Shown piece by piece: positions 41,528 to 57,437 of a stretch of DNA of 64,000 nucleotides. Made by a program: the position numbers and the translations under genes. Origin of the DNA: Eledone cirrhosa (lineage: Eukaryota); the NCBI GenBank assembly GCA_964016885.1, contig OZ024748.1, forward strand, positions 50,158,001 to 50,222,000. The letters run 5' to 3'. The number at the start of each line of letters is the position of its first letter. Within the stretch, counting starts at the first letter, position 1. The notes under the pieces were generated by a model. It made no database searches and was not told the DNA's origin. It was given only the letters and a program-made list of their open reading frames with translations.

Positions 41528-41856
41528 GGTGGGAGATGATGATGATGCTATGTGCGTGCAGGCGAATGAACCCGCCATGACCAAGAAAGATATTAGTAAT
41601 CATATAGACAAAGCGAAATTGTAAATGCTAAATAAACGTATGACATTGCCCTCCTATTTCCATAAGCGTAATCGTCTTGCGAAATCATTTCAGTTTATAA
41701 CAAAAGATCTGTAAAACATTGCTACGGTTCACTGCCTAAGTCCATTACGGATGCAGTCATGCGAAGCCATAGTTAAATATTGGCTGAAGTCAAAAACCGA
41801 ACCGTACCGACCAGATTCTTCGGAATGGATGTCATTAGAATGATTCCATTGAATGA

Positions 41857-41920
<64 letters not shown>

Positions 41921-41939
41921 CGTAGTAGTCGTAGTAGTG

Positions 41940-41970
<31 letters not shown>

Positions 41971-42651
41971 ATTTCTACGAAGTTTTTGTTGTAATCCTAT
42001 CCTATTGTTCAACATTCTAATGTCGTTGTTGTTGGTGTTATTGATGTTGTTGTTGTTGTTTTTGTTCTTTGTTATTGTTGTCATATCATTTTGAAATGGG
42101 AACAGTAGACTGAACACGCCACAATGTATGTATGTATGCATGTATGTATGTATGTATGTATGTGTGTGTGTATGTATGTATGTGTGTATGTATGTATGTA
42201 TGTATGTATGTATGTATGTATGTATGTATGTATGTATGTATGTATGTGTGTGTGTGTGTGTATGTATGTGTGTATGTATGTATGTATGTATGTATGCATG
42301 CATGCATGCATGCATGTATGTGTGTGTGTATGTATGTATGTATGTATGTATGCATGCATGTATGTATGTATGTATGTATGTATGTATGTATGTATGTATG
42401 TATGTATGTATGTATGTATGTATGTGTGTATGTATGTATGTGTGTATGTATGTATGTATGCATGCATGCATGTATGTATGTATGTATGTATGCATGAATG
42501 TATGTGTGTATGTATGTATGTATGCATGTATGTGTGTATGTATGTGTGTGTGTATGTATGTGTGTATGTATGTATGTATGCGTACGTGTGTCTGTTTGTA
42601 GGACGTATGCACTTTTACATATACATATATATATATATAGAGAGCGAGAGA

Positions 42652-42722
<71 letters not shown>

Positions 42723-42723
42723 T

Positions 42724-42774
<51 letters not shown>

Positions 42775-43029
42775 CATATGCATACATACATATATGTATG
42801 TATGCATGTTTAACTATGTTCTCTGTTTTTTGTCTTCTTCGTGTACATATTTAAATGGCTTTCTATGATATGGTTTTAGTGGTCATTGAGTGTGATAGAG
42901 ATTACGGACATTTTGGAGAAATGGGACCCTGTGGATGGATATGGTCATCGATGTCATGATAAGGGAGTGGGAGCTGGTCATCTGGAAATTCCTGGCCATC
43001 ACAGGTCACTTAACGAACGAATTGAAGCT

Positions 43030-43095
<66 letters not shown>

Positions 43096-43100
43096 ACCAC

Positions 43101-43137
<37 letters not shown>

Positions 43138-43191
43138 GTATGTATACAAAGAAAGAGAGAGAGAGGAGGAAGGAAGGGAGGGTTATATGCC

Positions 43192-43222
<31 letters not shown>

Positions 43223-45414
43223 GAGAGGTAAAGAGATTGTTTTAGCGAGAAGCTAACAGTATTCTATAACATATATGCGACTATAACGTCAAGATGGGAA
43301 AAGATGGGAAAAGTAGTTAACGTATATATATATATATTTATTTATATATATGCTGTATATATATTATATGATTGCCAGATTTTAAGCAGTATCTGCTTCT
43401 TGCTGCTCGATTCAATGGTTCTCTGACCAAGCAATTAATCTGCCATGTAATCGCTTTTAACAAACTTCTATATTATGTGTAAAATCATAGCCATAGTTTG
43501 TCACGAAGCAACAACTGTACGTTGGAATGAACTCTCGACCTACTAGATATAGCTGCCAGAACTCCGCTAAATCTCAATGTTTAAAACGAACGTCAAATTG
43601 GATAATGTGATCATGGATTTACTTTCCTAGCAAAATAGACGTGATTGTCACGTTTGGATCATTTTTAACGATATGCCTTTTCTACCAGGGCCAACTTGGT
43701 GCAAAGGAGCGTTAACTTCAATAATACTTACCAATAAAGAGGTGTCATCAATGAAAACATATTATAACATACAAGAGTGCAGAGAACAAGTTAATTTGCA
43801 GTGAAGAGTAAAGCAGAATACAAGATTTATTGGCTGTTTAGTTGATTGTTTAAGATCGTTGGATAGAATGCCATGCGGCATTTGTTCCAATTCTGGTTCT
43901 GAATCAAAACTCCTTCCTACTCACCTTTTAAGTCGAGAAATAAAGTCAGAGAGAGAATGAAGAATCGACTTCAATACTTGACTGGTACATTATTTATCAT
44001 CACCGTAAGGATGAAGAGAGTAAAGTTAACCTTGCTGTGATTTGAACTCAGAGCGCAAAAATGTGGAGAAAAATACTGCAAAGTATTATTTGCAGTGCGC
44101 TACCTTTATTAACAGTGTATAATTATCGATGGAAACCCCACAACTAGTAAAGTCCTTGGTCTTATCTTGTTCTGACCACATCAATTATAAGTGCAACTTA
44201 AATAAATCCTCCATGATGAAAAGTACCTCTAAATATTTGTTAGATCTACTAGAAATAACAGAAAAATCTTCTTCAAATAATATGACATATGGACAGATAA
44301 CTCATCATAAATATATTTGAATTGCATTTATTGCGCATATTGATATTTGTTTTATACGTTCCCATTGTACCTATTACGAACTGAACTAAGTCATTTCTTT
44401 TGGGTGGAGTTAAATGTATTGAACATGAACAGAAGTAAATTGTGCTGGTGTTAGGATACAAACCCCGGGAAACACTTAACTGGACGACAGTCCAGTACCT
44501 TATCGATTAGGACATTCTTTTTCAAACAATCTAACTTTACCGTTCAAAGAAATAAAATGGAATCCTACCGACGTAGCTTAAAATATGAAAAGAGAGAAAA
44601 GAAACAAGAAAATAAGATGGAGAGATGCATGTAAAGTAATGAATAACAGAAAACGAACGACCATTAGGCTTTTGCCAAGACTAATCGTTAGTAAATTGAA
44701 ACATGTTTCAACATAAGCTGTCATTTTACTATATTACTGATAATAGAAATGATCAAATTTGTAGGTTAAACATGCATTTAAAACTCGTGTAGTTGGACAT
44801 TTTATATACGTATGCAATTTTGTTACCATGTTAGATGGAAAATGCTTTTGTCGACATGCAATTCAGTATATATAGACATGCGATTTTAATTTCTGTAAGT
44901 ATTCTTACAGATGTATTTTTGATTTATGTAGACATGCAATAACCAATTTCAGTTGCGTAATGTCTGTCTCTCTCTGTCTCTCTGCTTGTCTGTCTTACTG
45001 ACTTGCTGTGGTACATCTGTTACTCTCCCTTTCACTATTTCTTTCTTTCTTTCACACTATCTCTATACATATCTATATATCTATCATTTTATCAACGCTC
45101 CATATATACATCTACTTATCAATAAACATATATGTCAATCTATTCTTCAATACATAAGACAGTTTGACACTACTTCTCAAATTGGATATCTCTTTCTCCC
45201 TCTCTCTGTCTGTGTTTCCCCCTCTCTCTCTCTCTCTGTATATATATATATATATATACTTATATCTCGTTTTCTTTCCCTCACACTCCCTCTCTCTTAC
45301 CTTCTCTCTATACTTATATTCATATATATATATATATATATATATATACGTTATTCCGGGTTGAATCGGAGGTAACCACAGTAAGTAAGGTACTCAATAC
45401 ATAGCAGAGTATAA

Positions 45415-45643
<229 letters not shown>

Positions 45644-45927
45644 CGTATATGTATATATATATAAATTAGTGTAACTGAGTCCAATGTAAGGATAACCACA
45701 AACCGACTTGACATTCTGAACCTGACATAACCTTCTATATTATAACACACTGAAATTCAAATAAAAAACCCCAACAGAACTATGCCCGAAAGCACAATTC
45801 CATGCACAGCAATAAACTTGTCTATACCAGTTACTGGTATGGGGGAAACGGGCGTGAACAGACTGGAGCTATCATACTACGTTGTTTCTATATATCTGCA
45901 GTGACCAACACTCCGTTACGTAATCAG

Positions 45928-45993
<66 letters not shown>

Positions 45994-46197
45994 TATATAT
46001 GTATATATATATATATATATATATGCCAGTTTGCTATGTGTTGTATACAATATACTATATTTACCTCTATTGTTACAGGGCTCTTTCGTTTGTGCTTACA
46101 ACCACATATTCAGACGACACACACACACATGTATATATATATAATATATATATGTATATCTATATGTATATATATAATATATATATGTATATCTATA

Positions 46198-46268
<71 letters not shown>

Positions 46269-46273
46269 CTATA

Positions 46274-46331
<58 letters not shown>

Positions 46332-46341
<10 letters not shown>

Positions 46342-46375
46342 TATGTATGTATATATATATATACATATATATGTT

Positions 46376-46411
<36 letters not shown>

Positions 46412-46471
46412 AGCAAACACCACCAGACCTATGCTTTCAGCAGTAGCGTGAGAGTGGAAAAAAATGTAAAC

Positions 46472-46523
<52 letters not shown>

Positions 46524-46557
46524 TATGTATGTATATATATATATACATATATATGTT

Positions 46558-46617
<60 letters not shown>

Positions 46618-46683
46618 AGCAAACACCACCAGACCTATGCTTTCAGCAGTAGCGTGAGAGTGGAAAAAAATGTAAACGCCATA
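46332..46683. repeat. Tandem duplication with (TA)n at the junction
   Basis: CCTTAGCAAACACCACCAGACCTATGCTTTCAGCAGTAGCGTGAGAGTGGAAAAAAATGTAAACGCCATA is identical at 46408 and 46614, each preceded by the same interrupted (TA)n pattern. Confidence 0.9.
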
Positions 46684-47501
46684 GAACATCAGAAGAGCAG
46701 ATTGGCAGAATAAGGAAAATGGCAAAACAAGAGAATCAGTGAATTACTAGAGCGTCATACAGAGATGAAAATAAGAAATTCACTTCAGTTTCCTGTTGAT
46801 AATGACATAAGTTTGTGATTAGAGCAATAATTGTCACTTGAGCACGTTTTCATGTCAAGCAAGAACTGAAGCCATTTTGGATTACTGAGTAAGATTTTAT
46901 TTATTAGTCTCCTTCTTTTTTTCGTTGACGCTAGCTTCGTGGAAATAGCTTTCCGCTTAGAAGCTGTTAAATTGCTGACAATTTCTCGTGGCTAAAGAAT
47001 TACGATTTTCTTTTAACACTAGTTAGACTGTTAGGTATTTGTCATAGGTAAGCCGTTGTTATAGTTATTAAAATTAACGTTCTTGTTGATGCTATTGAAG
47101 GTAATGATCATAATGATCATGTTAATGATGATAATAGCATCCTGGTGAGTTTTTCCTCGTATACATCTTGGTCTATTATTCCATCTGAAGTCTTCTTGCA
47201 ACGAATTAGTGGGATACAAAAGTAACCAATGACACACAATTAATCACCTTCATACATACACACAGTCATAAACTTGGAAACACATATATACACATAATAA
47301 TAGCAAATTAAACTGAGATTTTACACCAACCATAATTCGTGTTTCACGTTTTTATTCCAAAGAAAGGAGAGAGAGAATTTGGTGAAACGCTGGTGTAAAT
47401 TTCACATAATAAGTTCCCATTGGTGTTGATTTTATATTTCATGAATGGAGTAGATTTTCATGGTTATGTATATACATACATACGCAAAAAATCTCTCTCT
47501 C

Positions 47502-47668
<167 letters not shown>

Positions 47669-47684
47669 GCGTGCGTGTGCGTGC

Positions 47685-47735
<51 letters not shown>

Positions 47736-47848
47736 AACATATATGAGTATGCATTTGTATGTGTGATTAGGAATAAGGAATTAAGAGCTGGTAAACTCAA
47801 ACTGTTTAAGAAAATAATAACTGAATGAGAGAGAGAGAAAGAGATAGC

Positions 47849-47895
<47 letters not shown>

Positions 47896-48074
47896 TGTGA
47901 GAGAGAGAGAGAGAAAGAGATAGCTAGATAGGCAGAAATGAAGTGTGAGTGATAAACAATGAAGTAGTCGTTAGTGAATACAGGAGACAACTTAAAGAGA
48001 CCTTATATGAAATAGGTACAACTAGTGAAGGTAACAGACGAGAGTTAGATACATAAGATAATAGATTGTTTTCG

Positions 48075-48222
48075 TTCTGAGTTCAAACCCCTCCAAGGTT
48101 AGTTTTGCTTTTCATCCTTAAAGGTTGATAAAATAAAGTACCAGTCACACACTTGGGTCGATTTAATCGTCCTTCCACTCCAGCCGAAATCTGCGGTCCT
48201 TGTACCTAAATCAGAAACCATT
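48075..48222 (+). mobile_element. Diverged SINE family 1
   Basis: TCTGAGTTCAAACCC...TTTTCATCCTTAAAGGTTGATAAAATAAAGTACCAGT...CTTGTACCTAAATCAGAAACCATT. Confidence 0.75.
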
Positions 48223-48850
48223 GATTATTTTCTTCGATATCACGAATGGATAAAAACAATGGAGACATCTGCGGGATTTGAAACCAGAAAGTAAAAATGG
48301 ACGCCTAGCAATAACGGAAAATTGTTTATACGACTATTTATGAATTGTGGCATTTCTCTGACCTCCACGCTTGAATAATGAAAAAATATATTCTAAAAAT
48401 AAACAAAAAAAAAACAAACAAACATATTTAAGTGTAATATATAAAATATATAACAGCGATAAGCAAATAAATGTACATTATTAGAAAAATAATGTTTATA
48501 GTGACGACCAGCACACTTAAGAACGCATCATTAATTCCTTAGATAGGTACAGAACATTGGTCTAGCAATAGGAGTTGCTAAATTGGAATGTGTATCATTC
48601 ATGCCTAAACCAAGAGTGACTAAAGACTTGTTGGACGAGGCGCTTCTAATTAGAAATTGAATATGGTTATGGTTGAATATTATGGCTAGAAAATCGCATG
48701 TTCTGAGAATTACAAAAATTAGTATCCAGAGAGAGACACATACGCATAATATATATATACATATATATACATATATGTATATATATATATGTATATATAC
48801 ATATATGTATATATATGTATATATGCATATATATGTATATATACATATAT

Positions 48851-48902
<52 letters not shown>

Positions 48903-48987
48903 ACTTAAATATAAATCTATGCTAACCTATCTATCTATCACCTAAATTCTATTTATGTATATCCATATCTGCCTACCTATTTACATG

Positions 48988-49078
<91 letters not shown>

Positions 49079-49080
<2 letters not shown>

Positions 49081-49406
49081 CAAAGGAAATGTGGTAAGGA
49101 ACCAGGTAGACCATAACGCACCAAAGTACTCAATACTTGGGGTAGTAGAGTGGGTAATAGGAACCAGTAAGACCCCGACGGCTGAGCTCAAGGCGTTTCG
49201 ACGTCTAATTCTGGACTAAATGAAAATTTATCCTGGTATTTAAAAAGCCGATCTTCTCAAGGGGTAATTCCATATATGGTCAAAGTGATTGTCAAAAATC
49301 AGTAGTAATTCTGTGATTGCAAATTAGTAGACCAGGATAAATTTTCATTTAGTCCAGAATTAGCCGTCGAAACGGCTTGAGCTCAGCCGTCGGGGTCTTA
49401 CTGGTT

Positions 49407-49411
<5 letters not shown>
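49079..49411 (-). mobile_element. Family A fold-back element with long arms and ~93-nt spacer
   Basis: Tail 49079-49156, arms 49157-49237 / 49331-49411; (TA)n on both sides. Confidence 0.85.
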
Positions 49412-49456
<45 letters not shown>

Positions 49457-49547
49457 TGTTAAACAATATTCGATGATTATGTCAAAGAATGAGTTTTACC
49501 TTGATTAAATCTTAACCATTTAACATCTCAGGGTATGTCATGTATCA

Positions 49548-49608
49548 TTATATTTTGTCTGATGAGGACGTACTGTTGTACATCCGAAATATGTATAATA
49601 AAATGTGA
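49548..49608 (+). ncRNA. Minimal type-I hammerhead ribozyme motif
   Basis: TTATATTTTGT-CTGATGA-GGACGTAC TGTT GTACATCC-GAAA-TATGTA-TA-ATAAAATGTGA; ~10-bp stem I with G-U pairs, canonical G10.1-C11.1, 7/8-bp stem II. Lies inside a (TA)n-bounded insert at 49452-49650. Confidence 0.82.
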
Positions 49609-49649
49609 TTGATCAAAAGAACATCTATTTTATTAATAATTATATTTTA

Positions 49650-49681
<32 letters not shown>

Positions 49682-49686
49682 ATATA

Positions 49687-49794
<108 letters not shown>

Positions 49795-49842
49795 TATATA
49801 TATATATATATATATGTACATATATATATATATATATATATA

Positions 49843-49890
<48 letters not shown>

Positions 49891-50572
49891 TATATTTATA
49901 GGTATGTATGTATACATGAATATAAATGTATGTATATATGTAAGTATATATGTATATATGTATATATGTATGTATGTATGTAAGTGCATGTTAACACATA
50001 CATGTTTATACGAATCTCTTGATTTATACATGTGTGTGTTATGTTTTTGATTGCTTCTGAAGTGTTTCGAATGAAAATATGTGAATATATGTACGAAATA
50101 TATATATGTATTAATGTATGTTTGGAATAAGCAAATGTATATGCCCGTATGTATGTGTGTATGTATGTATGTATGTATGTATGTATGTATGTATGTATGT
50201 ATGTATGTATGTATGTATGTATGTATGTATGTATGTGTATGAGTGTAGACGTGTGCTCCCGTCGATGTGAGACCCTATTAGTGGGCAGGACTCAAGAAGC
50301 GTTTAGACGAATTCGATGGATACATGAAATAGAGCGTTTCTTTCCAATAATTGTGCTAAAATTTAGTCCTTATCACCTTTCTCCTTCAATCTTCTCCCCA
50401 TTCACAACTACGCCTTCTTCTTCTTCTTCTTCTCCTTCTTCTTCTTCTTCTTCTTCTTCTTCGTCTTCTGCCATTTCATCGTTCTTAACTGTAATTCACC
50501 AGATACACCGAAGCGCTCACACAAATACACGCACACATTCACACACATACACATTCACTCATGCATATATAT

Positions 50573-50619
<47 letters not shown>

Positions 50620-50745
50620 TATATATAAATATATATATATTTATATATATACATTTATATATTTATATATATTTATATATTTATATTTATATATATATTT
50701 ATATATTTACATATAAGTATATATAAATATATATATATTTATATA

Positions 50746-50812
<67 letters not shown>

Positions 50813-50813
50813 G

Positions 50814-50867
<54 letters not shown>

Positions 50868-50948
50868 CGTATATATATATATACATATATATATACATAT
50901 ATATATATACATATATATATACATATATATATACATATATATATATAC

Positions 50949-51003
<55 letters not shown>

Positions 51004-51063
51004 TATATAGATATATATAAATATATATAGATATAGATATATATATATAGATATATATATACG

Positions 51064-51095
<32 letters not shown>

Positions 51096-51939
51096 CATAC
51101 ACCAATATATGTACCACCGATTGAGAGTTCCTCACAACACACATACGTAGATGCTAATACAAATAGCAATGTCTGAAACCTCTCCACAATCCCCCCACCC
51201 CCAACACACACATCACCCTCCACCACCCACCATCACCACCACCACTACCATAACCAATACGACGACCGCCACCACTACCACCATAACCACCACCACGACT
51301 ACCACCACCATAACCGCTACGACCACCACTACCACCACTACCATAACCACCACCACCACCACCACTACCATAACCACCACCACCACCACCACCACCACCA
51401 TAACCACTACGACCACCACCACCACTACCATAACCACCACCACTACCATAACCACTACGACCACCACCACCACTACCATAACCACCACCACCACCACCAC
51501 CAACTGCACCAGCGACACCGAAACACCATAATACAAAAGACAGATTAGGATAACCTTGCTACATTCTTAATGATAGCTGACTAATAATCCATGGCTCATT
51601 GCATCAAAATCATTCCTCTGACCCGAAACTGAGGGTCAAAGAATTCGCCCAAATTGCAACCATATTTAATTATATCTCCCTCCTCCCCCACTCATCCCCA
51701 ACCCCTCACTCACTTCCAACTCCCCTCCTTTTATTCCCTCTTTATATATCCTTTTATCAACGAGAACAGAATAAACATTGAGAAATAACTTTTGTGATGT
51801 TTCTACTATTTAGCTGATGGCAAAAACATACACGAATTTATGAACCGCTGTCTTTGACACCGATAGTATATACATGCATATATAGACACATACATATATA
51901 CATACAAAAGTACACACACACATATATGCATACATAAGT

Positions 51940-51975
<36 letters not shown>

Positions 51976-52061
51976 GAATCTCCGTTAATTTCGACGATGA
52001 GCGTTCAACTTGTTCGATTAACAGAACACTTGTATGTATGCATGTATGTATGTATGTATGC

Positions 52062-52092
<31 letters not shown>

Positions 52093-52117
52093 CATACACA
52101 CACACACACAAATACAC

Positions 52118-52154
<37 letters not shown>

Positions 52155-52177
52155 TATATATACACACACAAACACAC

Positions 52178-52219
<42 letters not shown>

Positions 52220-52359
52220 CATTAAGACTTTCATACAAAGATATCTTGAGTTTGGTAATATAATAACGGAAGAACTTAAGACTCCCTTCCTGCTATTTCA
52301 AGCATTAAACTAATATATTTCTGCCATGTACTGTGCAATTTCTTATTACACTTACACTT

Positions 52360-52465
<106 letters not shown>

Positions 52466-52883
52466 ATATATATACATAGCTACGTGATGCATATAGTTCC
52501 ATGTCGTCAATCTGCAATTTTAAGCTATCACACACAAATACATACACAAACGCACACACACATACATTGACATGCACACACACACACACACATACACACA
52601 CATACACACACATACACACACACTCAATCTATATCATGCATATATTTGATAACGGTATCTTTTCTAATATATATATACTTTTACCCTGTAAAATTGCTGC
52701 CGGATCTTTCAGGCATTTAGAAAAATTGCGTTTTGGCGCAAGGTTTTTAATTCCTGGTTTCAAATCATGACACCTTCGCCTTTGTTTTATGCTCTTCTCT
52801 ACTTAGGAGACATCGATTAGAATTGTTTAAAAAACCTATAAAATCAAATGATATCAAATAATTTCAGATCAGATCATTATCAA

Positions 52884-53075
52884 TAATTGTTTCTACTTTT
52901 GGCATAAGGCCAGTAATTACGCCAGTGTATTACTGGTACTTTATTTTATAGACCCCCGTAAGGATGGAAGGCAAAGTTAACCTCGATGAGATTTGATCTC
53001 ATATCATAAAGGGCCGTAATTCTATGCTGCAAAGCATGGCATCCGACCCTCTTCCGATACTGCCAATCCACTGCC
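52884..53075 (-). mobile_element. Full-length SINE family 1
   Basis: Complete body flanked by TCAGAT(C)AGATCATT TSD-like repeats. Confidence 0.88.
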
Positions 53076-53315
53076 CTCAGATAGATCATTTACAATAATG
53101 TCACTTTCGTTGGAAACTTAGTTTTGGTCTCATCTTTCAGCATGTAACTGATTACTCGAGCTGAAGTTGTTATGAAAGGAATAACTAAAAATAAACTGTT
53201 GTATCCACTTGATATGAAAATTAGATAGCTAGGTATGTTGAAACAGAATCTCAATATATATATATATATATATACGATATTAAACAAATGGAAACTACAT
53301 TTATAAAACCATATT

Positions 53316-53381
53316 TATTTCATTATATATATTTCAGGGATATCATATTAAAAATATGGTATGCCCTCTTCAGACAAAATA
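53316..53381 (-). ncRNA. Minimal hammerhead ribozyme motif (family B, solo copy)
   Basis: Minus strand: TATTTTGT-CTGAAGA-GGGCATACCATATT TTT AATATGATATCCCT-GAAA-TATATA-TA-ATGAAATA. Confidence 0.72.
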
Positions 53382-53709
53382 CAATATATAAACAGTTTTA
53401 TAAATAAATTTGACATACCTTAAAACTTTACAACTTCCATTTAAAAAAGTTGTTATGGTAGTGAAAATGTTAAGGACAGTTAGAAAGAAAGACGAAGAGA
53501 AAAAAAGAAAGAAAGTGTATAGTGCTAAGGACAGTTAGAGAGGAAGGCGAAGAAAATGAAGAAATGTATGTAAAGAAAAAAATCAACAGAGCGAGATAGA
53601 GAGAGAGAGAGATATGGGAGAGAGAAATATCGAGGAGGTGAAAAATGAATAACGTACAAATGAGAGATTTAGGAGGGAAGGGGGTACTGTAATTATTTAT
53701 TTATTTATT

Positions 53710-53768
<59 letters not shown>

Positions 53769-53838
53769 GAGATTCTACAAGCTGGCTCTCCTTTCAGTAA
53801 AACCTACCTAAAGTTATATTCTAGTTTCTTGAAAAAGG

Positions 53839-54281
53839 AAGGATATACTAAATAATTGTTTATACTTTTGGCACAAGGCCAGGAATTATCCCAGTGCATT
53901 ACTGGTACTTTATTTCATCGACCCGCGTAAGTATGAAAGGCAAGGATATACTAAATAATTGTTTCTACTTTAGGCACAAGGCCAGCAATTATCCAGTACA
54001 TTACTGGTACTTTATTTCATCGACCCCGTAAGGATGAAAGGCAAGGATATACTAAATAATTGTTTCTACTTTAGGCACAAGGCCAGCAATTCACCAGTGC
54101 ATTACTGGTACTTTATTTCATCGACCCGCGTAAGTATGAAAGGCAAGGATATACTAAATAATTGTTTCTACTTTAGGCACAAGGCCAGCAATTCACCAGT
54201 GCATTACTGGTACTTTATTTTATCGACCCCGTAAGGATGAAAGGCAAAGTCAACCTCGGCGGGATTTGAACTCAGATCGTA
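53839..54281 (-). repeat. Four tandem ~102-bp units made of a SINE family 1 3' half plus flank
   Basis: Units start AAGGATATACTAAATAATTGTTT at 53839, 53942, 54043 and 54145; the last unit continues into the SINE B-box. Confidence 0.92.
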
Positions 54282-54991
54282 GTAGTCATAGTAGATGTAT
54301 TATTTTTCAATTAAGAAAAAAATTGAGAACGGCAAAGAAACGAATCAATCGATGAAATTGATCGGTCACTAATATATTTTAAAATGTCATTAAGACGGAA
54401 TGGAGATATATTTGGTGGAAAAATTCAACGGGCGTTTTAAAAAACATGTTAGTTTGTGTATAAGTTTGTATTTGGGTCCTCTGATGTAAAATGACGTATC
54501 GAGGTGCACTACTTCACACCAAATGAATGTACAACACCTTACTATTTCATAAATAGGGATGAATAAAATATAAAACAGGATGGAATAGGTAAATAGGTAA
54601 TGGTGTCGACTAAAGTCCAATGCGCAAAATGCCCAATGAGAGCAGGAGACTAATGAATAAAATAGAGCGGCAAAAGAATAAAAGACTATACATCATTAGA
54701 AGATTATACGACCACCTTCAATTAATTTGGTTAATCAAGGGAAATAGTATTTAATGGTCAGGAAGACATTTGCTAATGGTTTACAACAAGGGAAAAATAT
54801 AAGGGAAATGACAAAATATTTTACTAGGGCATCAATTGGTTCACTTATTGACCTTAACATTATTGGTTATGAACACAATTTTATTGCTAATCAATAATAA
54901 GCATACTCATATACAAAATAAGATACACACACATATACACATATATATTTATATCTATATATATATTCATATATTTCTCTCTCTCTCTCTC

Positions 54992-55075
<84 letters not shown>

Positions 55076-55313
55076 TACACGTGAGCATTTCATTGTCTAT
55101 ATAAAGTCATTCTTAATTGATCTCTACGTGTTTTGATTCATGTTATACATCAATAAAACTTGTTACTGTTATGATGTATAAGTCAACATTGTTAAATGGT
55201 TCGTTCCACTAGTGTTCCATTTCCCATTCTCGTATTTTATTGTTTATCATTTGTCTCATTTTCCAAGCTTTTCTATTGCTCATGTTTTTACTGCACTCAC
55301 ACTTATACAAACA

Positions 55314-55381
<68 letters not shown>

Positions 55382-55382
55382 A

Positions 55383-55418
<36 letters not shown>

Positions 55419-55989
55419 AAAAATGTGTGAGTTTCTTGTTTGGTGTATTTGAAAAAAGGGAAACTGACTTTACTTGTAGTTGGTATTCTATAACAATTTA
55501 ATTTTATAATTTTATAGAAAACCAACTAAAAGTGATGTCATTCTTTTCCCCTTTTCAATATATATACATATATATAAAATACAATATTTAGTACAGCATC
55601 ATCGAAGCTCTGGTTGCAGCCAAGCTAACGAAGGCAATCTCGGTGTGCGAACTCAGGATACAAATTTGACTAACCTGGACCATCGCCTCGACATCATACA
55701 CAACACATGATATATACCATATAACATACATCACATATAATATATAAAATCTCCGCTAGGTTTCTGTAAATCCGAAATCGACAAAATACACTTGCAGGGG
55801 TCTGCAAGTTAATGGTTTTTGGAAGATAGAACAAGGAATTCACTTTGTCAACAAGTTTTTCGTTCTCGTCCGCCCGGGTGTGAATGCTAGCAGTAAGCAC
55901 TGCTAGAAGGCACATGGTTGTCCCGAAGGGAGGTAACCCCCGGTTTTGGCGATCAATTCAAACTTGGAACAAAGGAATAAAATTCCTTT

Positions 55990-56044
<55 letters not shown>

Positions 56045-56085
56045 CATAACATTATACACACACACACAAACACATACACACACCC

Positions 56086-56166
<81 letters not shown>

Positions 56167-56556
56167 TAACTCTTGTAGTAACATTTGTGTATGCTCTCAG
56201 GCGCTAGATATTCTGTACATCGTTTGTGAAAGTATAATTCATGTGTATATGAGAGAATGTTTGTATTTGCGTGTATTTCAGTATGTACGTACATGCCTGT
56301 TTCTCTATTAGTGTGTATAATTGAGTATGGATATTTCAGAAGAAACCAGAGCTAATTGGATTAAAATTTAGAATTACATGACGGATTCCGAGACGAGATA
56401 CGGGTTGTAAAGATTTTTCAAGTTAAATATCAATTCATATTATACAAACACATGCACACACGCACACATACACACGTACACACACACGAGCGCATATATA
56501 CATATGCACATATATATACATATATACACACACATATATATATATATATATATACG

Positions 56557-56595
<39 letters not shown>

Positions 56596-56802
56596 TGTTA
56601 ATATATGTATATATGTGTACATAATTGTTTTAGTGCATTTTAAAATAAACATATTGATAAATAATTAAATATTTTATTCAATTAATTATTTCAAAATGTA
56701 GGTGTGACAGTGGGGATCGATAAAAAGAGGTAAAGAGATAGTGAGAGTCAGAATTGGAGAGAGATAGTCAGTCATGCATATATTGTTTATATATATATAT
56801 AT

Positions 56803-56849
<47 letters not shown>

Positions 56850-56904
56850 CTTATATATATACATATATATATATACTTATATATACACATATATATATAT
56901 ATAT

Positions 56905-57057
<153 letters not shown>

Positions 57058-57400
57058 CATATATATATAGATATATAGATATATAAAACAAATAACTATT
57101 TCAATTTGATCCTATTTCCTTGAACCGGGGGGCCTTACTGTGAGATACTTGCCCGATGATTATAGTGTTATAAACTTTCATTCCCTACGCATTGTAATCA
57201 GTTTATGTAGACAAAACACTGTAACACGTATTGGGTTAATCAATGCCAATGGAAAATATTACATAACTCACCCACACAGAGAAGACACCCCTCCCACAGC
57301 CCACGCACACACATGGATTCTTACGTACTTTTCGCCAAAAACATTTGTGTTACTTCCTATTCTCACTGTATTTTCTATTTCATCTTTTATTTCTCATTCT

Positions 57401-57437
57401 ATGTTCTGATGAGAGACTAGTGTCCGAAACGTAAATT
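57401..57437 (+). ncRNA. Very small hammerhead-like motif in a pLTR-like repeat
   Basis: GTT-CTGATGA-GAGAC TAGT GTCC-GAAA-CG-TA-AAT; palindromic ACGT stem III, GUA triplet, but stem I is only ~3 bp. Confidence 0.5.

Noticed and set aside
45820-45865. ATACCAG/CTGGTAT hairpin followed by GAAACGGGCGT
   Set aside because: Lacks CTGANGA; at most a half motif.
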